Positions 9,045 to 17,842 of a stretch of DNA of 64,000 bases are shown one piece after another (positions within the stretch are counted from its first letter, which is position 1; each line of letters begins with the position of its first letter). The stretch is taken from contig JAKUPR010000004.1 of assembly GCA_022450585.1 (NCBI GenBank), positions 29,257 through 93,256 of the forward strand. Direction: 5' to 3'. The notes beneath the pieces are model-generated. The model saw only the letters and a program-made list of their open reading frames with translations, was not told the origin of the DNA and did no database searches. Made by a program: the position numbers and the translations under genes. This DNA is from Anaerolineales bacterium. GTDB taxonomy: Bacteria; Chloroflexota; Anaerolineae; Anaerolineales; UBA11657.

Positions 9045-10073
9045 TCAGCTATAGTCTGCGAATAGGTCTGCATTCTCATTGACCCATTGCCACAACAAAC
9101 GTAACCCAGTATAAGGATCTACAGTGGGCTGCCATCCGATCTGTTTCACCGCCCGAATATCGCTTATATACACTTTTTGATCACCTGGACGCCAGTCGTA
9201 ATAGACAGCCTCCATTTCTCTGCCCGACAGCTCGCTAAGACTAGGCTGCACCTCTTGCCATACAGCCAACGTGAAGTCTGGACCACCACCAATGTTGAAA
9301 ACCTTGCCCGCCACCTGTTCAGGATCATCCAAAGCAAGGTCAAAAGCCACCAACAAGTCCTCAACCCAAAGCATATCACGAACCTGCTTGCCATCACCAT
9401 ATATTTTGATTGAACGCCCGCCCACCGCGGCAATAACAAAATGAGCAAGCCAACCCTGATCCTCAATGCCGAACTGACGCGGACCGTAAACACATGACTG
9501 CCGGAAAACAACAGTCGAGAGACCATAAATGCGGCTGAAATCACGGACATATTGGTCACCTGCTCCCTTCGAACAGCCATAAGGAGAATGGAAGTCCAGA
9601 GGCTGCGTTTCAGGCAAACCAAGCGGCAAATCAGCATATTCCCAACGAGTATCTGCCTCCACCACACGCACCTGCTCCATTCCGCCATACACCTTGTTAG
9701 TTGATGCATAAATCACTAACGGCTGATGGCGAGACAGACGGGCTCCCTCCAAGACATTGAAAGTACCAAGTGCATTAATCTCAAAGTCATCGCGCGGATT
9801 GGTCACAGAGGATGTAACAGCGACCTGAGCGGCCAAATGCACAACCGCATCTTGACCATCTATTGCTAACAGCAAAGCATCAGCATCTCGTACATCGGCG
9901 CGAACGAACGCAAATCCACCTTCGAAACTTTTCTCCAACCACTCCAGGTTGCTGGCTGCCCCACGTCTGGAAAGATTGTCTAGAATGGTCACCTCGTGTC
10001 CAGCTTGCAGCAAACGTGCTGCATAATTACATCCTATGAAACCTGCACCTCCCGTAATAAGCACTTTCTTCAT
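9045..10073 (-). CDS. NAD-dependent sugar epimerase, CDP-paratose/tyvelose 2-epimerase-like SDR
   Basis: I moved the start to the ATG at 10073 (MKKVLITGGAGFIGCNY). The 50-aa extension in the track overlaps tsaB and is Cys/Leu-rich junk. It shows strong family-like blocks: DNLSRRGAASNLEWL, DFHSPYGCSKGAGDQY, GDGKQVRD. Confidence 0.88.
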   Translation of the reverse strand: MKKVLITGGAGFIGCNYAARLLQAGHEVTILDNLSRRGAASNLEWLEKSFEGGFAFVRADVRDADALLLAIDGQDAVVHLAAQVAVTSSVTNPRDDFEINALGTFNVLEGARLSRHQPLVIYASTNKVYGGMEQVRVVEADTRWEYADLPLGLPETQPLDFHSPYGCSKGAGDQYVRDFSRIYGLSTVVFRQSCVYGPRQFGIEDQGWLAHFVIAAVGGRSIKIYGDGKQVRDMLWVEDLLVAFDLALDDPEQVAGKVFNIGGGPDFTLAVWQEVQPSLSELSGREMEAVYYDWRPGDQKVYISDIRAVKQIGWQPTVDPYTGLRLLWQWVNENADLFADYS

Positions 10074-10125
10074 GAATAACTTGTCCAATACGAGCAAAAA
10101 CTCGGTATTGTCAGGTAACAGCAGG

Positions 10126-10791
10126 CTACTGCTTACCAACCTCCGGAGTGCGCAAATACACAGGTGCGAGATCGTTGGGATCGTCCATCTGACCAGAAGA
10201 TAGTCTCTGCCGTGCAATCGCAATCAGACAAGCACCGCGACGCACGTTAAGGTATGCGGGGGCAAAGCTAACCTGTTCTTGCAAAGCATCACGTCCAACG
10301 GCGTCAATTTCACCACATACATGGGCTGCGTCCTTATCCAAATCGTTGAGCAAACGGTTCCAGTCTGAAATTTGCGGCGAGCCATCAGATTTCCAGTATC
10401 CCTCATTCCATCGATATGGCTGTACCGCGATCCGATCCCTTCCAGCTGACAGAACTGCAATTAATGGTCCATCACGCTTAGGTTGACCATAAGCAACAAT
10501 ATCCAACGTCGGTATCCCTACAATCGGAATCGCATGCGATATAGCAAAACCTTTTGCAAAGGCTAGACCAATACGCAAGCCAGTGAACGACCCAGGACCA
10601 ATGCCAACAGCAACTGCTTCTAGAGAATCAGCACCAACACCCTCAGTTCGGAGCATGCGATTCACCTGTGGAGTCAGTTCCACAGTGTGATTATTGGCGC
10701 AAATCCAGTTGTGCTCAGCCAGAATCACAGCGCCATCGCCAAGAGCCAGAGCAACACAATCAGTTGCTGTATCGATAGCCAATAACATCAC
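10126..10791 (-). CDS. tsaB: tRNA t6A37 biosynthesis protein TsaB
   Basis: 221 aa. N-terminus MMLLAIDTATDCVALAL and the GPGSFTGLRIG motif. It has a 4-nt overlap with tsaE. Confidence 0.9.
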   Translation of the reverse strand: MMLLAIDTATDCVALALGDGAVILAEHNWICANNHTVELTPQVNRMLRTEGVGADSLEAVAVGIGPGSFTGLRIGLAFAKGFAISHAIPIVGIPTLDIVAYGQPKRDGPLIAVLSAGRDRIAVQPYRWNEGYWKSDGSPQISDWNRLLNDLDKDAAHVCGEIDAVGRDALQEQVSFAPAYLNVRRGACLIAIARQRLSSGQMDDPNDLAPVYLRTPEVGKQ

Positions 10792-11294
10792 GCAGGCCGA
10801 TGCTGAAAAGCAATTTTCCGAAATCCGTCCAACAGCTGCTCAAAACGATCTCCTGATGCACGCATTGCCATGTTGCGTTTTTCTTCCTCAACGTAACCAA
10901 TACTAATCCACAGAGATTCGCCTGGCAGCGAAGACGCAATGTTCTCTGGCCACTCCACAATCAACGTTGCTCCAGATTCAAGTCGCTCATCAAGACAAAT
11001 AGAGTCCGCATCGCGCGGATGGCTCAAACGATAACAATCCAAATGGTGCAAATGAGCTCCATCAGCACGGGAGTACTCATTAGCAAGAACATAAGATGGG
11101 CTGGTGACCTGCTCCAGTGACCCCCATCCACGCCCTATACCAATTGAAAGCAAAGTCTTTCCGGCACCTATCTGGCCACTGAGACAGACGAGATCGCGCG
11201 GTTGCAATAGTTGTCCCAGTTTAACACCGTAGCGAAGCGTTTGCTCATAATTATGACTGACAAAGTCCAAAGCTCGCAAATCCATTACAGGCAT
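10788..11294 (-). CDS. tsaE: tRNA t6A37 biosynthesis ATPase TsaE
   Basis: 168 aa. P-loop LSGQIGAGKT and the SPSYVL motif typical of YjeE/TsaE. Confidence 0.88.
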   Translation of the reverse strand: MPVMDLRALDFVSHNYEQTLRYGVKLGQLLQPRDLVCLSGQIGAGKTLLSIGIGRGWGSLEQVTSPSYVLANEYSRADGAHLHHLDCYRLSHPRDADSICLDERLESGATLIVEWPENIASSLPGESLWISIGYVEEEKRNMAMRASGDRFEQLLDGFRKIAFQHRPA

Positions 11295-11490
11295 AATGGA
11301 GGCATTATAGTCGCCACTTCACACCAGAGCAAGTGAAGATTACGTACACCATCTTATTATTGTCTAGTTGAACAATTTAAACATGCTCACCCTCATCATT
11401 GCCGACAAACACTATACTGAAAACACTTCAAGAATGACCGATTCTTCAATGCAAATCTTCAGGTACAGTTTCACAAGAGGAAGAATCAAC

Positions 11491-11518
11491 TTACAGTTTC
11501 TTAATAACTTGATATAAT
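11491..11518 (+). promoter_or_regulatory. Candidate sigma-70 promoter for moaC (extended -10)
   Basis: TTACAG (11491-11496), a 16-nt spacer, then TGaTATAAT (TG at 11510-11511, TATAAT at 11513-11518). This would give a leader of about 170 nt. Confidence 0.35.
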
Positions 11519-11697
11519 TAACATCATCGCAACACTACGTCCGCACTACGCACTGAGTTGTCCAAAATATTGTGATCATGCAAGAATGCCTCAAGTCTGG
11601 TGGGCACGGATACAATGTTTAGATACGATCCTATGTCTACGCAGCGTCCCAAGCACAAAGACAATTCAAGCATATTGCCATTGAAGCCAGACGAAAA

Positions 11698-12195
11698 ATG
11701 AGCAACAACAGGTCACTTACACATCTGGACGAACAGGGTAAAGCGCACATGATAGATGTAGGCAATAAGCCAGAGACCGAACGGATAGCGATAGCCCGTG
11801 CTGAGGTCCATACTCTCCCAAAGACACTTAAACTCATTCGAGCCGGAAACTTAATCAAAGGCGACGTGTTTACCGTAGCAAAGCTCGCTGGCATCCAAGC
11901 CGCTAAACGCACCGCGGACATGATTCCTCTGTGTCATCCCTTGGTGCTTACAAACATTGAAGTAGATATAATCACATCTGAAGAACTTTCCCTCAAACAG
12001 TGTGGGGTTGAAATCACGGCAATCGCCCGTGCCACTGGAAGAACCGGAGTTGAGATGGAAGCACTCACAGCGGCCACCACAGCGGCACTCACAGTCTACG
12101 ACATGGCAAAAGGTATCGAGAAAACAATGCGCATTGCTAACATCCGAGTAATCGAGAAACGGGGTGGAGCTAGCGGCGACATAATTAACACATGA
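11698..12195 (+). CDS. moaC: Cyclic pyranopterin monophosphate synthase MoaC
   Basis: 165 aa. LTHLDEQGKAHMIDVGNK and the ADMIPLCHPL motif. Confidence 0.93.
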   Translation: MSNNRSLTHLDEQGKAHMIDVGNKPETERIAIARAEVHTLPKTLKLIRAGNLIKGDVFTVAKLAGIQAAKRTADMIPLCHPLVLTNIEVDIITSEELSLKQCGVEITAIARATGRTGVEMEALTAATTAALTVYDMAKGIEKTMRIANIRVIEKRGGASGDIINT

Positions 12196-12944
12196 ACGTC
12201 AAAATTTTGTTTTTTGCGACAATGAAGGATAAATCCGGAACCGATCTAATGCCTCTGGAGCTATCTGATAACGCGAGTGTGGCTGACCTAAAAACAGTGT
12301 TGGGGGAACAAATGCCAGCACTAGAAACGTCACTGCCCACCGCAGTCGTCTCGGTTAATCGAGAGTTCGCATTCCCAGAAGACCAGATTCCACCAGACGC
12401 GGAAGTGGGAATTTTCCCGCCTGTATCTGGCGGACAGAAACAGACAACAATGGTCGAGGTGCGCACCGACCCTATCAACATCGATGAACTGACCAAGCAG
12501 ATTGTCGACCTCACAACTGGCGCTGTATGTGTATTTTCCGGTATAGTGAGAGCACACACAAAGCAGTCGAAAGCCTACCAACACGCTGGTTACACAAAAC
12601 ATCTAGAATATGAGGCATATGTCCCCATGGCGAAAAAGAAAATGCGGCAAGTATCAGATGAAATCCGTGCGAACTGGCCCCAAGTGACTGGTATCTCCAT
12701 AGTACAACGCATCGGGATTCTAGATCCTGGTACACCTACCGTTGTAATTGCATGCGCTGGCTCACATCGGGATTCCTGTATTTTTGAGGCCGCCCGCTAT
12801 GGCATTGACCGACTAAAAGAAATCGTTCCAATTTGGAAAAAGGAAATTGGACCAGAGGGAACCTCTTGGGTACACGGGAAGTACCAACCAACTGTAAATG
12901 ACCAGGGGCAATCCTTTGCATCAATGGTCCAGAAAAAACAATGA
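12192..12944 (+). CDS. Fused molybdopterin synthase: MoaD (sulfur carrier) plus MoaE (catalytic subunit)
   Basis: 250 aa. Residues 1-81 are a ubiquitin-like MoaD ending in the canonical FPPVSGG (Gly-Gly codons at 12429-12434). The frame continues into a MoaE-like domain (GAVCVFSGIVR..., IVPIWKKE). The start has an ATGA overlap with the moaC stop. Confidence 0.85.
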   Translation: MNVKILFFATMKDKSGTDLMPLELSDNASVADLKTVLGEQMPALETSLPTAVVSVNREFAFPEDQIPPDAEVGIFPPVSGGQKQTTMVEVRTDPINIDELTKQIVDLTTGAVCVFSGIVRAHTKQSKAYQHAGYTKHLEYEAYVPMAKKKMRQVSDEIRANWPQVTGISIVQRIGILDPGTPTVVIACAGSHRDSCIFEAARYGIDRLKEIVPIWKKEIGPEGTSWVHGKYQPTVNDQGQSFASMVQKKQ

Positions 12945-13336
12945 CAGTTTTTGCAAAAGCCTGGTTCTTCCAATCTCCAGGAACAGATAGGCATAAAATT
13001 GCTGAGATCGTGAGACAATCACTGTGGGCATCGGGGCTATACTCAATCTGGCTTGATGCTGGCACTGCCGAGCCACCGTTCAAAGTGCACGGGTACCACA
13101 ACGATAAACAACTCGAACTAGAATGGAAACCTGCAGTATGGCTCCGGTTACGAACAGAACACTCGGACGATGCTTTGAGCAACCATCTAAGTTGGTTACT
13201 CGGGCGCACTCCGAGCCTTCGTTTCACCGACCAGACCGGATGGACGGTATGGGAATGGTACTTCCAGGACATCTCCGATCGGTGGCGCGAAATCTCGGGT
13301 AACCCAATCTATCAAAACCCACGCCGATTCGATTGA
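12941..13336 (+). CDS. Hypothetical protein (131 aa, Trp-rich)
   Basis: The start ATG overlaps the moaD/E stop as ATGA. I recognise no motifs apart from the WEWY motif shared with the next ORF. Confidence 0.6.
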   Translation: MTVFAKAWFFQSPGTDRHKIAEIVRQSLWASGLYSIWLDAGTAEPPFKVHGYHNDKQLELEWKPAVWLRLRTEHSDDALSNHLSWLLGRTPSLRFTDQTGWTVWEWYFQDISDRWREISGNPIYQNPRRFD

Positions 13337-13367
13337 GTGGAGTTCACGCGGCAGTACTTTTCTGTTC

Positions 13368-13973
13368 ATGTCCGATCTGATGTACGACCTCGCCACATTA
13401 GCAGCGATGGCCAAAGATTTGAAAGACTTCTTCCAATCCGACGTTGTATTTTGGCAACTCTCTGATGCCGGCCCATTCCGGAAACGTTTCCCAAAATTGA
13501 CTGTGGCTGGTTTGCTCTTTTGCCAACATAAGCTCTCCCTGTTACAGGATAAGATACCGCCAGAAAAACAGACTGAACTAGACCAAGTGCAAACACAAGT
13601 GAAGGGATTGCTATCAATCTGGCATTCAAATATGGAGCGGAAAGCAGAACTTGAAATCGACGGTCGCTTACATTCTTGGGAATGGTATCTATCCGATTGT
13701 AATGAAGACCCGCAAGATTGTTCTGAACACTACACCACAGAGGTATATGCCCGCGTTTACATTCATCTGCTGCTGCGGCGTTTCGGCAACCAGACCATAG
13801 CTAAGCGGGTCCGCGCTAGAGTCAACGCAGCGGATACTAAATTACGCACGGTTTTTCTGGCAGGGAAGTTTGTCTGGGAATATGATTTGAGAGCTGCGTT
13901 CCCGAGCCAAGAATATTGGTTCCTGTACGGACGGCCAGGTATTCTGCCAGGATTTGTTCAAGAGATATCTTAG
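13368..13973 (+). CDS. Hypothetical protein (201 aa)
   Basis: It lies 31 nt downstream of the previous ORF on the same strand. I recognise no family. Confidence 0.6.
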   Translation: MSDLMYDLATLAAMAKDLKDFFQSDVVFWQLSDAGPFRKRFPKLTVAGLLFCQHKLSLLQDKIPPEKQTELDQVQTQVKGLLSIWHSNMERKAELEIDGRLHSWEWYLSDCNEDPQDCSEHYTTEVYARVYIHLLLRRFGNQTIAKRVRARVNAADTKLRTVFLAGKFVWEYDLRAAFPSQEYWFLYGRPGILPGFVQEIS

Positions 13974-13991
13974 AATTGTCGAACCCAAAGG

Positions 13992-15518
13992 CTATTTAGC
14001 GTAATTCACCGCACGTGTCTCCCGAATCACCGTCACCTTAATCTGGCCAGGATATTGGAGACTCTCCTCAACTTTGCTAGCCACATCTTGCGCAATTTTA
14101 ATTGCACCTAGGTCATCCACTTTGTCCGGACTGACAATAATGCGCACCTCTCGTCCTGCTTGTAGAGCGAAAGCCTCGCCCACCCCAGCTGACTGATTGG
14201 CAATTTCCTCGAGAGCACGAATCCGCTTAACATATTGCTCCGTGTTTTCGCGACGTGCTCCGGGACGTGCCCCAGATATTGCATCCGCTATCTCTACAAT
14301 GGTTGCCTCAACAGATTCTTGATCCACCTCATGGTGATGAGCCGCCACAGCGTTACAGACTACCTCAGAAACTCCGTAACGACGACAAATCTCAGCCCCA
14401 ATAGCTGCGTGCGTGCCCTCGACCTCATGGTCGACAGCTTTTCCCAAATCATGAAGCAATCCGCCAGCTTTTGCTATTTCGACTTGCGCGCCAAGCTCAG
14501 CCGCAATCACCCCCGCGAGCCTAGCTGTCTCCACAGCGTGTGCATGTTGGTCTTGACCATACGAGGTGCGAAATTTGAGTTTTCCAATTAGCTGAAGAAT
14601 TTCTGGTCGTAGTCCAGGAACACCTGCGTCATAGGCAGCGCCTTCACCCTCCTCTTTTATGATTACTTCCACTTCCTTTTTAGCGTCTTTCACTGTCTTT
14701 TCAATTTGCGTAGGATGGATACGTCCATCCAGGACAAGTTTAGCCAATGCACGGCGGGCAACCTCACGCCGCACCGGGTCAAAAGATGCCACCATGACCG
14801 CCTCGGGTGTATCATCCACCACCACATCAACTCCAGCAGCATGCTCAAAAGCACGAATGTTGCGTCCATTTCGCCCAATTATTCGCCCCTTGATATCATC
14901 TGATGGAATAGGTAGAGTCGTTATGGAATGCTCCGACACCTGTTCGCTGGCAATACGTTGCATAGCCACAACGAGCAGCTTACGAGCGCGGTCTTCACCC
15001 TCCTCTTTTGCTTCCTCTTCTATTCTTCGAATTACCCGCGCCATGTCATCACGTGATGCCTTTTCCACGTCCTGCATGATCTCCTCTCTGGCTTCGGCCG
15101 AGGTAAGCCCTGAAATACGTTCAAGTTCTTCCGTGTGCAGATGCTGCCGCCGCTCTAGCTCGAGTGCCCCTTTCTCTACAGAGCTCTGACGTTTACTAAT
15201 TTCTTTCTCGCGCTTACCTATTTTGCTTGCACGTTCATCCAAGTCTTCACGCCGCTTATCTAGACGTCTTTCTTCCCGCTGCACATTTTGACGACGTTCG
15301 GAAAATTCTTTATTTAACTCATCGCGCCAACGATGTAACTCGTCCTTAGACTGCACTGCCAAGTCGCGCTCCTTCTGCTGAAGCTCCGAATCCATAAGCT
15401 TGCGTTCATCCTGCAACTGAATTGCAGCAGCCTTACTCTGGTACCGGTAGACCATATAACCAATTACAGCAGTCAAAATAAGGAATATCAAACCCAAAAT
15501 CAAAAAGTTAACAGACAT
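13992..15518 (-). CDS. rny: Ribonuclease Y
   Basis: 508 aa with an N-terminal TM helix, a charged coiled coil, a KH region (GRIIGRNGRNIRAFE) and an HD domain (HDLGKAVDHEVEGTHA). Confidence 0.95.
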   Translation of the reverse strand: MSVNFLILGLIFLILTAVIGYMVYRYQSKAAAIQLQDERKLMDSELQQKERDLAVQSKDELHRWRDELNKEFSERRQNVQREERRLDKRREDLDERASKIGKREKEISKRQSSVEKGALELERRQHLHTEELERISGLTSAEAREEIMQDVEKASRDDMARVIRRIEEEAKEEGEDRARKLLVVAMQRIASEQVSEHSITTLPIPSDDIKGRIIGRNGRNIRAFEHAAGVDVVVDDTPEAVMVASFDPVRREVARRALAKLVLDGRIHPTQIEKTVKDAKKEVEVIIKEEGEGAAYDAGVPGLRPEILQLIGKLKFRTSYGQDQHAHAVETARLAGVIAAELGAQVEIAKAGGLLHDLGKAVDHEVEGTHAAIGAEICRRYGVSEVVCNAVAAHHHEVDQESVEATIVEIADAISGARPGARRENTEQYVKRIRALEEIANQSAGVGEAFALQAGREVRIIVSPDKVDDLGAIKIAQDVASKVEESLQYPGQIKVTVIRETRAVNYAK

Positions 15519-15520
15519 AA

Positions 15521-16150
15521 TTAATCCTTGTGGTCGTTATTTGCTTGCATCATCTCTTCAATGACTTCACTGATAATCTCATAGTCAAAACCGCGCCGGG
15601 ACAGGAATTCTCGCATCTTTTGACGCCATTCCAACACAGGCAAACCCTCTAATCGAGACATCTTGTGCACAGCAGCCTTACGAGCATCGCCAAGCTCATC
15701 AACACTCCCCAGAACGGTTTCGATAACCTCATCTCCAACCCCTTTCTGACGCAATTCCACACGCAAAGCACGCCGTCCACGGGGTCGAAAGGCACTCCTA
15801 TTCTCCACCCAAAAAGCCGCGAAGGCCTCATCATCTATCAGGTTATCTTTACCCAAACTTTCAATCACTCCCTGTACCACTTCTCTCCCCAAACCATGCC
15901 GCGCCATCCGAGTGCGCACTTCCGACTCCGAACGCGGTCTATGGGCGAGAAATCGAAGAGCCTTATCGCGTGCGTTTTCAACCTCATCCACCGACCTTAA
16001 TAATGATACCTCTGGTTTAGTAATAGTCTGTCCCACACTCAAGTCCCGCGTCTGTCCAATCGACAATCCAAAAGCAAACCGGCCGTCCAAGAACACATTA
16101 ACGCGGTTCTTATTGCGTTTTTGAGTATTCATTGCCGTGATTGTGTACAT
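15521..16150 (-). CDS. recX: RecA regulator RecX
   Basis: 209 aa. Repeated helical RecX pattern (ALRFLAHRPRSESEVRTRMARHG) and a position immediately downstream of recA. Confidence 0.88.
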   Translation of the reverse strand: MYTITAMNTQKRNKNRVNVFLDGRFAFGLSIGQTRDLSVGQTITKPEVSLLRSVDEVENARDKALRFLAHRPRSESEVRTRMARHGLGREVVQGVIESLGKDNLIDDEAFAAFWVENRSAFRPRGRRALRVELRQKGVGDEVIETVLGSVDELGDARKAAVHKMSRLEGLPVLEWRQKMREFLSRRGFDYEIISEVIEEMMQANNDHKD

Positions 16151-16160
16151 AGCCTCTCTG

Positions 16161-16191
16161 AATCAAAAACCGCGACATCAAGGTCACGGTT
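16161..16191 (-). terminator. Intrinsic terminator/attenuator-like hairpin just upstream of recX
   Basis: Minus strand: AACCGUGAC-CUUGAU-GUCGCGGUU followed by UUUGAUU. The stem is 9 bp with one G-U pair; that position would be a C-A mismatch on the plus strand, so the structure is strand-specific. It sits about 15 nt before the recX ATG and its GAGAGG ribosome-binding site. Confidence 0.5.
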
Positions 16192-16617
16192 GTTTAGAGC
16201 AACAAGCACCATGTGCCAATTGCGTCAATACCAGACTAACTAGTGTGAAATGTTGTAATGTAAGGACAGCCACCGCGATTCATCTCGCGGACAGTAAAGT
16301 ACTAAGAACGAAGGTGAGACAAGATGAAAACTTAGATAAGATACCTATTACATGTGTTGATCAAAAACCGTAAATTCTTGCTAAGCTCGTTCCCTGCTCC
16401 ATTCCCAGTAGTTTACTCAAACACCTATGTCGGTTTTACTCAACAGAGGCTCACAAAACATTTAATCCGACTAGATTCTCAGTCTGACAACAACCGTGCC
16501 GCCACTTTGTCCCTACAGCTATTACAGCATATGCTGCAAGGTCCCTTGTGTACATGACCCTACGCTCAACGCCATGCTCACCGGGTCAATCATATGCGAA
16601 ACTGCTCGCATAAAGAC

Positions 16618-17685
16618 CTATTCCATAACTTCATCATCTTCCCGTGTTTTCACTGTCTCCGACTTATCCGGAGCGGAAATATCTCGAATAGCTTTCTCAA
16701 TCTCATCTGCAATAACAACATCGTCCTTTAAGAAACGCTTGGAGTTTTCTCTACCTTGCCCCAACCGAGTATCACCATAACTGTAAAACGCGCCGCGCTT
16801 ATCGATGATTTCATGTTCCACTCCTAAGTCAAGCAAATCACCGGTCTTGCTTATGCCCTCATCATACATGATGTCAAATTCAGCCTGTCGAAATGGAGGG
16901 GCAACCTTGTTTTTAGTCACACGCACCCTGATACGATTTCCCATCATCTGCTGCCCATCCTTAATGGTCTGTAGACGTCGTACGTCCAAGCGCACACTAG
17001 CGTAATATTTCAACGCCTGACCACCAGTAGTGGTCTCCGGATTTCCAAACATCACGCCTATTTTCTGACGCAATTGATTAGTAAATACCATGGCAGTGTT
17101 AGATTGCTTAATCGCTCCCGATAGTTTGCGCAAAGCCTGACTCATCAAACGCGCCTGATTGCCCATCGTTGCGTCACCCATGTCTCCTTCTAGTTCAGCT
17201 CGTGGCACTAGGGCAGCTACAGAATCTATAATAATCACGTCTACCGCTCCAGATCTCACCAAAGAATCTGCAATTTCCAGAGCTTGCTCTCCAGTGTCAG
17301 GCTGCGACACGTACATGTTCTCCACATCCACCCCAACTTTCGCTGCATATGTTGGATCCAGTGCATGTTCCATATCAATAAAAGCGCACACCCCACCTGC
17401 CTTCTGAGCTTCAGCAACGATATGCTGACACAGCGTAGTTTTTCCAGCAGCCTCCGGGCCGTAAATCTCCGTCACACGACCACGCGGGATACCGCCAATG
17501 CCTAGGGCAATATCTAGCGAAATTGAACCAGTTGAAATAGATTCGACTTGCATGGTAGAGGCATCTCCCATTCTCATAAGGGCGCCCTCACCATACCGTT
17601 TCTGTATCTGCAAAAGCGTAGTCTCTAAAGCCTTCTCACGACCACTTTGACTCATGGAATCGTCTCCGAAAATACCATTAAACAA
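16618..17685 (-). CDS. recA: Recombinase RecA
   Basis: 355 aa. Walker [11 protein letters not shown] and conserved RecA blocks throughout. There is no intein-sized insertion. Confidence 0.98.
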   Translation of the reverse strand: MFNGIFGDDSMSQSGREKALETTLLQIQKRYGEGALMRMGDASTMQVESISTGSISLDIALGIGGIPRGRVTEIYGPEAAGKTTLCQHIVAEAQKAGGVCAFIDMEHALDPTYAAKVGVDVENMYVSQPDTGEQALEIADSLVRSGAVDVIIIDSVAALVPRAELEGDMGDATMGNQARLMSQALRKLSGAIKQSNTAMVFTNQLRQKIGVMFGNPETTTGGQALKYYASVRLDVRRLQTIKDGQQMMGNRIRVRVTKNKVAPPFRQAEFDIMYDEGISKTGDLLDLGVEHEIIDKRGAFYSYGDTRLGQGRENSKRFLKDDVVIADEIEKAIRDISAPDKSETVKTREDDEVME

Positions 17686-17842
17686 AGTTTACCGTATTAC
17701 CAGTCACAGTGCAAATACTATGTAAGAATGCCGACACGAACTCTTAAGTGTATAATCCAACTAGAATAGCCAATACAATAGATTATAAGCTTTCACGCAG
17801 AGAAACTTTCACACTTGGAGGGAGACTTACTCTAGCCTCAAC

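Noticed and set aside
10074-10223. N-terminal extensions proposed by longest-ORF calling. This one belongs to 9045-10223. Similar cases are 49835-49855, 50011-50118, 54808-54840 and 60029-60085.
   Set aside because: The extensions overlap upstream genes or promoter hexamers and have implausible composition. Internal starts give canonical family N-termini with a ribosome-binding site or an ATGA overlap.
14659-15189. 176-aa plus-strand ORF inside rny
   Set aside because: It is an extremely Ser/Arg/Thr-rich mirror of the Glu/Arg/Lys-rich coiled coil of RNase Y on the other strand, so it is an antisense artefact.
17686-17842. LexA/SOS box upstream of recA
   Set aside because: I found only a single GAAC half-site (ACGAACTCTTAAGTGT). 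No GAAC-N4-GTTC or other convincing palindrome is present, so I cannot support an operator call.
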